Assembly (NCBI GenBank): GCA_965207455.1
Contig: CBDBMJ010000003.1
Span: forward strand, 320,001-384,000
Source: Bdellovibrionota bacterium
Lineage (GTDB): Bacteria; Bdellovibrionota; UBA1018; CAIPTA01; JAALKR01
Direction: 5' to 3'
DNA: 64,000 nt
This document shows, piece after piece, positions 51,341-64,000 of this stretch. The translations under genes were made by a program, and so were the position numbers. The notes under the pieces were generated by a model. It worked only from the letters and a program-made list of their open reading frames with translations, had not been told where the DNA came from and made no database searches. Within the stretch, counting starts at the first letter, position 1; each line of letters opens with the position of its first letter.

Positions 51341-52708
51341 ATGAAAGTCAATCCGAATATTTTTCGTGCATACGACATCCGCGGCATCGTGGAAAAGGAC
51401 ATAACACAGGAATTTGCCTACCGGCTTGGGCGAGCATATGCGAAATGGGCCACCCTTAAAAAAGCAGAAATCACCGTTGGTCATGACACCCGCTCAACTG
51501 GAGAAAAATACTACCACGCCTTAATCGCAGGCTTACGCGATGGAGGAATCCAAACCCATGCCCTAGGAATGGTAACCACCCCCATGGTTTATTTCTCCAT
51601 GTTTCACTTAAATCTTGAAGGCTCCATCGTAGTTACAGGATCCCACAACCCAGCCAACTACAATGGCTTTAAAATTTCCATTGGACAAACAACCATATTA
51701 GGGGACGACATCCAAGCACTAAAAAAAATAATCGAAAGCGACAATACCCCCTACACACCCACACCCACTAAAGACATAAAAAAGCTGGATATTTTTCCAG
51801 CATACTCCACATACATTACAGAAAATATTACTCTCTCCCGTCCCCTACACATTGTTGTGGATGCTGGAAACGGAGCCACAGGCCCATTCACTTCAGCCAT
51901 TTATGAAAAACTCGGCTGCAAAGTAACTTCAATGTACTGTGAGCCAGACGGGAACTTTCCCAACCATCCAGCAGACCCCTCAGTCGAGGAAAATTTAAAA
52001 GACTTGAGGAAAAAAGTAAAAGAGACTGGCGCCGATGCCGGTTTTGCCTTTGACGGAGACGGGGATCGCATTGGCGTTGTGGACAATAACAGCAACATTC
52101 TCTGGGGCGACCAACTAATGATTGTTTTTTCCCGCAGCATCTTATCAAAAAACCCAGGTGCTATAATTATATCAGAGGTTAAGTGCTCAAAAAATCTTTA
52201 TGCAGAAATAGAAAAACTTGGCGGCAAGCCCATAATGTGGAAGACGGGTCACTCCATAATTAAAAAGAAAATTAGAGAAACTGGTGCCCTTCTAGCTGGA
52301 GAAATGAGCGGTCATATTTTCTTTGCTGATCGTTTCTTTGGCTTCGACGACGGAACATACGCTGGAGCTCGGTTTCTGGAGATACTTTCCAACACTAAAG
52401 AGGACTCATCTAAACTGCTGTCCAATGTACCAAAAACATACTGCACTCCAGAGATAAAAATTGATGTTGACGATCTCAAGAAAAAAGCTATCGTAGATAA
52501 ACTAATAACTCGACTACAGAACAAGCATGAAGTCATAATCATAGACGGCGTTCGAGTTACATTTGACGACGGTTGGGGGCTTGTTCGACCATCCAACACC
52601 GAACCAAAAATAGTTATGCGCTTTGAAGCGGACACTCCACAAAGACTGACAGAAATTAAATCCTATATAGAATCTGAATTAAATACCGTTATGGCTAAAC
52701 ATTTATGA
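51341..52708 (+). CDS. Phosphomannomutase/phosphoglucomutase (AlgC-like)
   Basis: FRAYDIRG, TGSHNP, DGDGDR, GEMSGH, RPSNTEP. Confidence 0.95.
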   Translation: MKVNPNIFRAYDIRGIVEKDITQEFAYRLGRAYAKWATLKKAEITVGHDTRSTGEKYYHALIAGLRDGGIQTHALGMVTTPMVYFSMFHLNLEGSIVVTGSHNPANYNGFKISIGQTTILGDDIQALKKIIESDNTPYTPTPTKDIKKLDIFPAYSTYITENITLSRPLHIVVDAGNGATGPFTSAIYEKLGCKVTSMYCEPDGNFPNHPADPSVEENLKDLRKKVKETGADAGFAFDGDGDRIGVVDNNSNILWGDQLMIVFSRSILSKNPGAIIISEVKCSKNLYAEIEKLGGKPIMWKTGHSIIKKKIRETGALLAGEMSGHIFFADRFFGFDDGTYAGARFLEILSNTKEDSSKLLSNVPKTYCTPEIKIDVDDLKKKAIVDKLITRLQNKHEVIIIDGVRVTFDDGWGLVRPSNTEPKIVMRFEADTPQRLTEIKSYIESELNTVMAKHL

Positions 52709-55539
52709 CAAAAAAAAATAAAATTGAAGATTATATTGTTATCAAACGTGCAAGAGAGCATAATTTGAAAAATATTTCCGTTGACATACCCAAAGAAAAA
52801 TTTGTGGTAATCACGGGACTTTCTGGATCTGGAAAATCTTCTTTAGCCTTTGATGTAATATATGCGGAAGGACAACGTCGTTATGTGGAAAGCCTCTCCA
52901 CTTATGCACGAAAGTTTTTAGATCAATTCACAAAGCCCGCTGTGGATTCCATTGAAGGATTATCTCCAGCCATTTCAATTGAACAGCGAGGAGTGAATAA
53001 AAACCCAAGATCCACCGTCGGCACTATTACAGAAATCTATGATTATATGAGACTTCTCTTTGCAAAAATTGCTATTCCCTATTCCCCAGTAACAGGAAAG
53101 AAACTATCTTCCCAATCCCCGGAAAAAATCTTGGAAAGAATAATGGCCCTAAAGGAAAATACCAAAATACAAATTCTCGCTCCCATTGTTTTAGAGAAAA
53201 AGGGCGAGCACAGAAAAGAAATAGCCTTTGCTCAAAGCGCTGGTTATACAAGGGCAAAAATAGATGGAAAAACCATAAACCTAGATGAAGACACCTATTT
53301 AGATAAAAATAAAAAGCATAATATTTCCATAATTATCGACCGTATAACTATTAAAAAAAATATTGAACGTAGACTCGCCCAGTCCATAAAATCCACCCTA
53401 AAACAAACTTCAGGTCTCTTGACCGTGGAACTTCTAGACAGTGGAGAAGAAATAAAATTTAACACGAGATTTTATTGTCCAGAGAGTGGAATGAGTTTTC
53501 CAAAACCAGAACCTCGTTTGTTCTCCTTCAATAGCCCAGTCGGTGCTTGTGAAAAATGTAATGGTCTTGGTTATAGAACTAGATTCGACCCCGACCTCAT
53601 CATACAGGACAAAACGAAATCTATTTTAGGTGGTGCACTGGAAGCCTGGTCAGGGAAAAGTGCAAGCCAGCTAACTCCACAGATGCAAATACTGGAAACG
53701 CTTAGTCATCACTATAGTTTTGATTTAAAGATGCCCTATTACAGACTCAGCGATAAAATAAAAACCATGCTTTTCTTTGGGAGTGGCAAGGATGAGATTC
53801 AATTTAAAATAAAGGGACGTACCTCCACCTACCGCTCTTTGCAAAAATTTGAAGGAGTAATAAACGAATTTAAAAGAAAATATAAAAACGCTAACTCCAT
53901 AGAAGAGTCGTTCTACGAAAAGTTTTTATCTAAAATGTCTTGCTCTTCCTGCAAGGGAGCTCGCCTAAAGCCGGAAACACTTGCTTTTAAAATAAATAAA
54001 AAAAGTATCGCAGAAATAAACCTAATGCCCGTGGATTCGTTAAAAGAATTTATTTCCTCCATTACATTAAGCGAAAAGGAAAAGAAAATTTCCTCGGATA
54101 TGGTAAAAGAAATATCTGCTCGCTTGGTTTTTTTAAGCTCCGTAGGTCTAAACTACCTTTCCCTATCTCGACCCGCAGCCACTCTCTCCGGTGGAGAAAT
54201 TCAAAGGGTGCACCTTGCCACTCAAATTGGAAGCTCTATCACTGGAGTTCTCTACGTTCTAGACGAACCCTCCATTGGCCTGCACCAACGAGATAACAAC
54301 CTTTTATTAAACTCACTAAACACTCTCAAATCCAGAGGTAACTCTGTTATCGTCGTGGAACACGACAGGGAAACAATCGAGGCCGCAGACTTTATTATAG
54401 ACATGGGCCCAGGTTCTGGCATCAACGGTGGAAACATTATGTTTGTCGGCACGCCCAAACAACTTGAAAAATGTAAGAAAAGTGTCACTGGCGCCTATCT
54501 AAGAGGAAGCAAGAAAATAACCCATGCAAAGAAAAAAAGAAAATCTAATACAAAAATATCTTTAATCGGTTGTCAACAAAACAACTTGAAAAATATTTCC
54601 ATAGATATACCTCTAGAACAACTCATTTGTTTTACTGGGGTCTCTGGTTCGGGAAAATCTTCTTTGGTAATTCAAACCCTGGTTCCTGCCATTAAAAATT
54701 TGGTGTATAGGAGAAAACACCGGAGCACAAGTTTAGAAAGAATTACAGGTTTAGAAAATATTGATAAAATTATCAATGTGGACCAGTCGCCCATTGGCCG
54801 TAGTCCACGCTCCAACCCAGCCACCTATTCCGGACTGTTAACTCATATACGAAACCTCTTAGCAAAAACAAAAGAGGCTAGCATCCGAGGATACAAGCAG
54901 GGGCGATTTTCTTTTAACGTAAAAGGAGGACGATGTGAAACCTGTGAGGGTGCTGGACATATCAAAGCAGAGATGCATTTTTTGCCAGATATATTTATTC
55001 CTTGTCATATCTGTAATACTGCTCGCTTCAACCGGGAAACCCTCACTGTTCGCTATAAGGGCAAAAATATTGCTAATATTTTAGATATGACCATAGAGGA
55101 AGCTCTGAAGTTTTTTTCCACTATCCCTGCCATAGAAAAATATTTAAAAATCTTATCCGATATTGGTTTGGGCTATATAAAACTAGGACAATCGGCAACA
55201 ACTCTCTCCGGCGGGGAAGCCCAACGCATGAAATTAGCCAAGGAACTATCCAAGCGCCCAACGGGAAAAACTATTTATGTATTGGACGAACCCTCCACAG
55301 GGCTGCACTTTGCCGACATTGAAACTCTTTTAAAAGTACTCCATAGGCTGGTGGATCGGAAAAACACCGTTATTATCATTGAACACAACCTTGATATTAT
55401 TAAGCATGCGGACTATATCATCGACATGGGACCAGAGGGAGGAAACCTGGGTGGAGAAATCGTAGCCCAAGGAACCCCTAAGGAAATAATCAAAAGTAAA
55501 AAGAGCTATACAGCTAAGTATCTTAAAGAATACCTATAG
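52705..55539 (+). CDS. uvrA: Excinuclease ABC subunit A
   Basis: Two GxSGSGKSS, two LSGGE, zinc fingers, EGQRRYVES. Confidence 0.98.
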   Translation: MTKKNKIEDYIVIKRAREHNLKNISVDIPKEKFVVITGLSGSGKSSLAFDVIYAEGQRRYVESLSTYARKFLDQFTKPAVDSIEGLSPAISIEQRGVNKNPRSTVGTITEIYDYMRLLFAKIAIPYSPVTGKKLSSQSPEKILERIMALKENTKIQILAPIVLEKKGEHRKEIAFAQSAGYTRAKIDGKTINLDEDTYLDKNKKHNISIIIDRITIKKNIERRLAQSIKSTLKQTSGLLTVELLDSGEEIKFNTRFYCPESGMSFPKPEPRLFSFNSPVGACEKCNGLGYRTRFDPDLIIQDKTKSILGGALEAWSGKSASQLTPQMQILETLSHHYSFDLKMPYYRLSDKIKTMLFFGSGKDEIQFKIKGRTSTYRSLQKFEGVINEFKRKYKNANSIEESFYEKFLSKMSCSSCKGARLKPETLAFKINKKSIAEINLMPVDSLKEFISSITLSEKEKKISSDMVKEISARLVFLSSVGLNYLSLSRPAATLSGGEIQRVHLATQIGSSITGVLYVLDEPSIGLHQRDNNLLLNSLNTLKSRGNSVIVVEHDRETIEAADFIIDMGPGSGINGGNIMFVGTPKQLEKCKKSVTGAYLRGSKKITHAKKKRKSNTKISLIGCQQNNLKNISIDIPLEQLICFTGVSGSGKSSLVIQTLVPAIKNLVYRRKHRSTSLERITGLENIDKIINVDQSPIGRSPRSNPATYSGLLTHIRNLLAKTKEASIRGYKQGRFSFNVKGGRCETCEGAGHIKAEMHFLPDIFIPCHICNTARFNRETLTVRYKGKNIANILDMTIEEALKFFSTIPAIEKYLKILSDIGLGYIKLGQSATTLSGGEAQRMKLAKELSKRPTGKTIYVLDEPSTGLHFADIETLLKVLHRLVDRKNTVIIIEHNLDIIKHADYIIDMGPEGGNLGGEIVAQGTPKEIIKSKKSYTAKYLKEYL

Positions 55540-55574
55540 GGGGGTGCGGCCGCTTTTTATGCGGCTCCCTTTTG
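55538..55574. terminator. Probable bidirectional terminator between convergent uvrA and atpE
   Basis: GC-rich stem gccgc-tttttat-gcggc flanked by gggg/ccc and followed by a T-run. Confidence 0.5.
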
Positions 55575-55599
55575 CTGTTTTATTACTGTTTTGCTTCTA

Positions 55600-55902
55600 T
55601 TACATCGTAATAGAGATCAACCATGCGAAAATCGCAAGGGACTCTACGAAAGCAATTCCAAGAATCATTGGCGTTTGGATCTGAGCCGCTGCGCCTGGAT
55701 TTCTTGCAATACCCTCTAGTGCTGCAGCAACAAGCTTACCCTGTCCTAGAGCTCCACCAAGGGCTGCCAGTCCTATACTTAGTGCTTTTGCCACATAAAA
55801 TAGCCCAGGCTTTTCTCCCTCTGCAACTGCTTCTTCAGCAAACGCTAGGAACGGGATAAAAAATACTGTGGCTCCTGCTAGTATCATCGTCATTTTTTTC
55901 AT
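55600..55902 (-). CDS. atpE: ATP synthase F0 subunit c
   Basis: GLAALGGALGQG, ARNP, FVES; signal-like N-terminal extension. Confidence 0.95.
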   Translation of the reverse strand: MKKMTMILAGATVFFIPFLAFAEEAVAEGEKPGLFYVAKALSIGLAALGGALGQGKLVAAALEGIARNPGAAAQIQTPMILGIAFVESLAIFAWLISITM

Positions 55903-55939
55903 ATTCGTATCTCCTTTTTTTAGTCTTTTTCAGTTTTAG

Positions 55940-56638
55940 TCAATGCGCTGTCTCTCTCGCCATAACAATATACACCATTGTAAGCAAACTAAAAACAAAT
56001 GCTTGAATAAAACAAATCAAAAATCCTAGAAAATAAAACGGTATGGGTATGATGAGGCCAAAGGGAGCCAAATCCGTCATTACATTTAAAATCATGTGGT
56101 CTCCTTGCATATTTCCTGATAGTCGCAATCCTAAAGAGAGGGGGCGAACCATATGGCTTATAATTTCAATGGGTAAGAGGAGCCAGGCCATATACCAAAC
56201 GGGCCCTAAAAAATGCTTTAGATAGGAAAGCCCTCCGCTCCGTATGCCCTCGATATTATAATAAAAGAAAACAAAGAGACCACAGGCAAGTGTCTTATTC
56301 ATATTGTCCGTTGGTGGTGTGAAGCCGGGGATAAGTCCCAGCAAATTACTGAAAAGAATATATAAAAAAATCGTTCCCACTAGAGGAAAGTACCTTTTTC
56401 CATCTTTTCCAAGAACACGCTCGCACATACTTAAAAGACCTTCTGCGACCATTTCAAAGGCATTTAAAAAACTAAGCTTCCTGTCTGGTACAAGGACGTT
56501 CCCAACAGAAGCCAACCTGAGACGTGCGATTCCAGCGAAAGAAAGTAAAATTATGGCAACGGAGGACGACCCCAGCAAGTGCACGGGTAAGACCTCTGAA
56601 AAGGGGAGATAATTAAACCAATTAAAATGATGTTCCAT
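55940..56638 (-). CDS. atpB: ATP synthase F0 subunit a
   Basis: NLLGLIPG, RPLSLGLRL.GN, IQAFVF. Confidence 0.95.
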   Translation of the reverse strand: MEHHFNWFNYLPFSEVLPVHLLGSSSVAIILLSFAGIARLRLASVGNVLVPDRKLSFLNAFEMVAEGLLSMCERVLGKDGKRYFPLVGTIFLYILFSNLLGLIPGFTPPTDNMNKTLACGLFVFFYYNIEGIRSGGLSYLKHFLGPVWYMAWLLLPIEIISHMVRPLSLGLRLSGNMQGDHMILNVMTDLAPFGLIIPIPFYFLGFLICFIQAFVFSLLTMVYIVMARETAH

Positions 56639-56643
56639 AATAG

Positions 56644-56880
56644 CTATTTCTCATTTTGCACTTTACAGTACACAATTACTCTACGAATAGAAAGACCCAA
56701 ACCCAAGAAAGCTCCAAAAATACCAAGATAGGTCTCAATTTCTGTGCTGCCTAAAAAGGAATCTAAGAAAGAACCCAGCCAGGAGTTTAGCCAAAAGCCC
56801 CCTGCCACATAACAGAAGATTTCCACCGAAAGTGCTCCAAAGGCAGCCATTTTTTTTGTCCACGTCGGGTCTAATAGCAT
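56644..56880 (-). CDS. AtpZ/AtpI-like small membrane protein
   Basis: Two TM helices immediately upstream of atpB. Confidence 0.6.
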   Translation of the reverse strand: MLLDPTWTKKMAAFGALSVEIFCYVAGGFWLNSWLGSFLDSFLGSTEIETYLGIFGAFLGLGLSIRRVIVYCKVQNEK

Positions 56881-56947
56881 GATTTTCCTCTATTCCTCTT
56901 TAACAAGGACATATTATTCATGGCATTATATCTGTTTTTTTGCCACC

Positions 56948-57310
56948 TCATCGGCTCCTCCTCGTACCAAGAGCAAAATGAAAAAGTGCTCCTAAAAAAG
57001 CAGCTAGTCCCATCATAAGTCCCGTGGCTGTTTCCTTGGGTAACCAATATATAGAGGAGAGTAGAAGGATCAAACATAACGCTTTACCCAAAAGTAGGAA
57101 AATAAAGCTTCCTCGCCCCTGTTTCCCATCCTTTGCGAGCTCACTTACTAAACCTATGGTGAGTTGGAATAAAGTAGCCAGAACGAGAACGCCGGAGAGT
57201 ATAATTCCCACTTGGTAGAGGGGGTGGATCGCTAGGGATATGAGGCTAATACATAGAACCCAGATGGATAGAATGCGCCAAAATCGTCGCTGTTCCTCTT
57301 TTTTTTGCAC
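56948..57310 (-). CDS. ATP synthase protein I-like membrane protein
   Basis: About four TM helices; position in the atp operon. Confidence 0.55.
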   Translation of the reverse strand: MQKKEEQRRFWRILSIWVLCISLISLAIHPLYQVGIILSGVLVLATLFQLTIGLVSELAKDGKQGRGSFIFLLLGKALCLILLLSSIYWLPKETATGLMMGLAAFLGALFHFALGTRRSR

Positions 57311-57318
57311 TTATTTGC

Positions 57319-58119
57319 CTACCTTTGGCGAAAAATTTTTCTTCGTTTAATTTTTTTCATCTTCAACATAACCACGGAAGGAACAGGATAGGTATTTTTA
57401 ATGCCTGCAAATAGATCGTAGGCTTTATCTAAATTATCTAACTCCTCATAGCAGGAAGCTAGGCCAAATGAAATAAAGCTTCTTTGCTCTTCACTTTGTT
57501 TTTCATTTTTTAAGAGTTTTTTATATTGTTTTACCGCATATTTACAATTCCCATTGGAACTCATGGCGTTGGCTATTGCTAGCTTTGATTTTTTGGCATA
57601 TTTACTTTCAGGATATAGCTTAGCCAACCTACTAAAAACTTTTATGGAATTATCAAACATCGACAGTAGAAAAAAGGATCTTGCTATACGGTACAAAAAG
57701 AAATCTTTTTCTACTTTTGACGAAAAATCTTTCAACAAAATTTTATAATTTCTTATGGCTAGCCTATAATTTTCAAATTTCTCAAAATACATGGCCGCAA
57801 CTATTTTTCTAACACGAAACGAAAATTCCTTATTTTTTGTTTTTTCCAACAGGCGCTCGTATGCTTTTAAAGCAATCAGTGGTTCTTTTGTATAAAGATG
57901 GCGAATAGTTGCTACTCTATACAAAGACTCCAGCCCTAGTGTAGATCCCTGATCTTTTTCAAAAATTTTTTGAAACTCATGGGCAGCTCCCTCATATTTT
58001 TTATCCTTAAAGAGTTGCTCTGCCAGTTCAAACTGGTTTTGAGAACTGTTAATATTACAGGCTGTGAGAGTAAAGAGAATGAAAAGAATTGAAACAATTT
58101 TCGTCTGTTTACTTTTCAT
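57319..58119 (-). CDS. TPR-repeat lipoprotein (BamD/CpoB-like)
   Basis: Lipobox LTAC; TPR helices; YPES, YP motifs. Confidence 0.8.
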   Translation of the reverse strand: MKSKQTKIVSILFILFTLTACNINSSQNQFELAEQLFKDKKYEGAAHEFQKIFEKDQGSTLGLESLYRVATIRHLYTKEPLIALKAYERLLEKTKNKEFSFRVRKIVAAMYFEKFENYRLAIRNYKILLKDFSSKVEKDFFLYRIARSFFLLSMFDNSIKVFSRLAKLYPESKYAKKSKLAIANAMSSNGNCKYAVKQYKKLLKNEKQSEEQRSFISFGLASCYEELDNLDKAYDLFAGIKNTYPVPSVVMLKMKKIKRRKIFRQR

Positions 58120-60547
58120 CGGTTTCTTTTTCGACTATGGGCTGAACAGCCATCAATTTTTCCGTTGGCTTTAAGCGAACAAGACGAATGCCCTGAGTAT
58201 TTCTGCCAATAGTGGATATTTCTTTCATTCTTGTTCGAATGATTTGCCCCGTGTCCGTAATCATCATTAAATCGCTGGAATCATTGACTGCATGTATGGC
58301 CACCACAGGTCCATTTCTTTCTGAAACTTTCATATTAATGATCCCCTTGCCTCCCCGGCTTTGAAGACGATATTCCGATGCTTTTGTCCGTTTTCCATAT
58401 CCATTTTCTGCCACGGAGAGAATATCAATTTCTTCTGTCTTACCAATAACAGTCATTCCAACTATGGCATCCTTTGGAGAGAGGGACATGCCCCTAACTC
58501 CGGCGGCTGCTCTACCCATGGGTCGTATATCTTTTTCATGGAATTTTATAGCAAGCCCATTCTGAGAGCCTAAAATAATGTAGCTGTCTTCCTTTGTATA
58601 AATCGCATTCACCAATGCGTCTTGGGCGTTGATGGTAAGGGCATTGATACCTCCTGGTCGCGGATTGGAGAAGGCGGAAAGAGTTGCTTTTTTCACTGTT
58701 CCTTTTCTTGTGGCCATTACTATAAATCCTGGAGTGTTAAAGTCATCGACGGGAAGAACAGAGCAAACTTTTTCTTCTTTGGATAATCTAAGAAGATTCA
58801 CTATGGCTTTTCCTCTAGCTATCCTGCTAGATTCCGGTATTTTGTGTGCTTTTAACCAGTATACCCTACCTAAATTGGTAAAGCATAAGATATAGGATTT
58901 AGTTTTTGCCATGAAGATATCTTTCACAAAATCTTCACCTTTCATGGCCATTCCCTTAATTCCTTTTCCACCTCTGCGTTGAGCAGTGTACAATTCCGGA
59001 GAGTTCCGTTTGATATAACCTTGACTAGAGATGGTGATAATCATTTCCTCGTCCTGGATCATATCTTCTTCTTCTATACTTTTAACTTCGCTTATTATCT
59101 CTGTTCGTCTTGGAATACCATATTTATCCTTTATCTCCTTACATTCTTCTTTTATGATGTCCAAAATCATTTTTTCAGTGGAAAGAATTTTTTTATAGTA
59201 TTTAATTTTATCATTTAATTCTGAAAATTCTTTTTCTAAGTTGCTTGTTTCCAGACCTGTCAGTCTTTGAAGACGCATATCTAAAATAGCTTTTGCTTGT
59301 ATCTCTGTGAAGCTAAAACTTTTCATAATCGCTTGCCGCGCATCTGCTCCATTTTTTGATTTTTTTATCAAAGCAACAATGGCATCCACATTACTAATAG
59401 CTTTAAGTAAGCCACCCACAATGTGTAGTCTTGCCTCTGACTTTCGTAACTCAAAAGCTGTCCTTCGTACCACCACTGTTTTTCTATGCTGTATGAAGAA
59501 ATCAATAATTTCTTTTAAGTTTAAGACCCTTGGTTGCCCATTATGTAATGCCAATAGAATAATGCCAAAGCTGTCTGAAAGCTGGGTCAACTTATACAGA
59601 CAATTGATAATAACTTCTGTATTTTCCCCTTTTTTAACATCAATAACAACTCGCATGCCCTTTCGGTTGGACTCATCTCTAATGGCACTAATTCCTTCTA
59701 CTTTCTTCTCTTTGTAGAGAGAGGCTATTTTTTCTATTAACTTTGCTTTATTTACTTGATAGGGAAGTTCCGTGATAACAATTTTATCTTTTTTTCCCTC
59801 TTCAACATGAACTTTTCCTCTAATTTTAATAATTCCGCGACCATTCCTATACGCATTTGCAATTCCTTCTGAACCAGTTATGTAACCTCTTGTGGGAAAG
59901 TCCGGGCCTTTTATGATTTTCATCATGTCCACTATTGTGGATTCCGGGTGACCAATAGTGTAAGTAATAGCGTCCAACACCTCTGACAAGTTATGGGGTG
60001 GAATATTTGTGGACATACCAACAGCAATACCAGATGAACCGTTTACCAGTAGGTTTGGCGTTCTTGCGGGCAGGACACTTGCTTCAATAGTGGAGCCGTC
60101 ATAGTTAGGTACAAAATCTACAGTTTCCTTTTCAATGTCGGCCAAAAGCTCGGAAGCAATTCTGCTCATTCTCACTTCTGTGTATCGCATGGCTGCTGCG
60201 GAGTCTCCGTCTATGGAACCAAAGTTTCCTTGTCCATCTATGAGTACATGGCTCATGCTAAACGATTGTGCCATTCGAACAATGGCATCATAAATTGCAG
60301 TATCTCCATGGGGATGGTATTTTCCCATAACATCACCAACCACACGTGCAGATTTTTTATAGGGTCGATTCCATTGGTTCCCTATCTCATGCATTGTATA
60401 TAGTATTCTTCGGTGTACTGGTTTTAAGCCGTCACGCAAATCGGGAAGTGCTCTGCCAACAATTACACTCATGGCATAGTCCAAATAGGAAGTATGCATT
60501 TCTTTTACAATGTTTACGTCTGTAATGTTTGCTTGCTTTTCTGTCAT
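58109..60547 (-). CDS. gyrA: DNA gyrase subunit A
   Basis: YHPHGD, AAMRYTE, GyrA-box QRRGGKG. Confidence 0.98.
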   Translation of the reverse strand: MTEKQANITDVNIVKEMHTSYLDYAMSVIVGRALPDLRDGLKPVHRRILYTMHEIGNQWNRPYKKSARVVGDVMGKYHPHGDTAIYDAIVRMAQSFSMSHVLIDGQGNFGSIDGDSAAAMRYTEVRMSRIASELLADIEKETVDFVPNYDGSTIEASVLPARTPNLLVNGSSGIAVGMSTNIPPHNLSEVLDAITYTIGHPESTIVDMMKIIKGPDFPTRGYITGSEGIANAYRNGRGIIKIRGKVHVEEGKKDKIVITELPYQVNKAKLIEKIASLYKEKKVEGISAIRDESNRKGMRVVIDVKKGENTEVIINCLYKLTQLSDSFGIILLALHNGQPRVLNLKEIIDFFIQHRKTVVVRRTAFELRKSEARLHIVGGLLKAISNVDAIVALIKKSKNGADARQAIMKSFSFTEIQAKAILDMRLQRLTGLETSNLEKEFSELNDKIKYYKKILSTEKMILDIIKEECKEIKDKYGIPRRTEIISEVKSIEEEDMIQDEEMIITISSQGYIKRNSPELYTAQRRGGKGIKGMAMKGEDFVKDIFMAKTKSYILCFTNLGRVYWLKAHKIPESSRIARGKAIVNLLRLSKEEKVCSVLPVDDFNTPGFIVMATRKGTVKKATLSAFSNPRPGGINALTINAQDALVNAIYTKEDSYIILGSQNGLAIKFHEKDIRPMGRAAAGVRGMSLSPKDAIVGMTVIGKTEEIDILSVAENGYGKRTKASEYRLQSRGGKGIINMKVSERNGPVVAIHAVNDSSDLMMITDTGQIIRTRMKEISTIGRNTQGIRLVRLKPTEKLMAVQPIVEKETDEK

Positions 60548-60550
60548 AAT

Positions 60551-64000
<3,450 letters not shown>

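Noticed and set aside
55600..57310. Incomplete ATP synthase operon
   Set aside because: A separate atpBE unit is normal in deltaproteobacteria-like lineages

Overview
AT-rich bacterial chromosome segment, probably from a Bdellovibrionota/deltaproteobacteria-like organism. This is inferred from the split atpBE operon, a Bdellovibrio-style pilin-like protein and many orphan secreted proteins. The recF-gyrB-gyrA block at the right end suggests the window lies near oriC. Core content: tldD/tldE, class Ia nrdAB, sua5, map, a menFDHBACE menaquinone operon, tuf between tRNA-Thr and tRNA-Trp, dksA, smc, PMM/PGM, uvrA, atpBE, gyrBA and recF, plus five tRNAs in total. The most interesting accessory content is threefold. 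(1) A four-gene operon (1994-5753) ends in a Tat-signal protein whose motifs match cyanobactin PagF/LynF/TruF peptide prenyltransferases, next to a split membrane aminopropyltransferase-like enzyme with an altered acceptor motif. (2) A structured ~225-bp tRNA-linked element is tandemly repeated behind tRNA-Ser and partly copied behind tRNA-Trp. It carries an antisense T-arm and a compensatory base change. (3) An island (42.5-50.5 kb) holds an XRE-HTH/PP2C + degenerate RsbW-like + STAS partner-switching module, a decayed ImmA/DUF4411 pair, an atypical patatin and an ISL3 remnant. Several genes carry single-base frameshifts, which may be real decay or assembly error. All family calls come from motif recognition by eye; no database searches were run.
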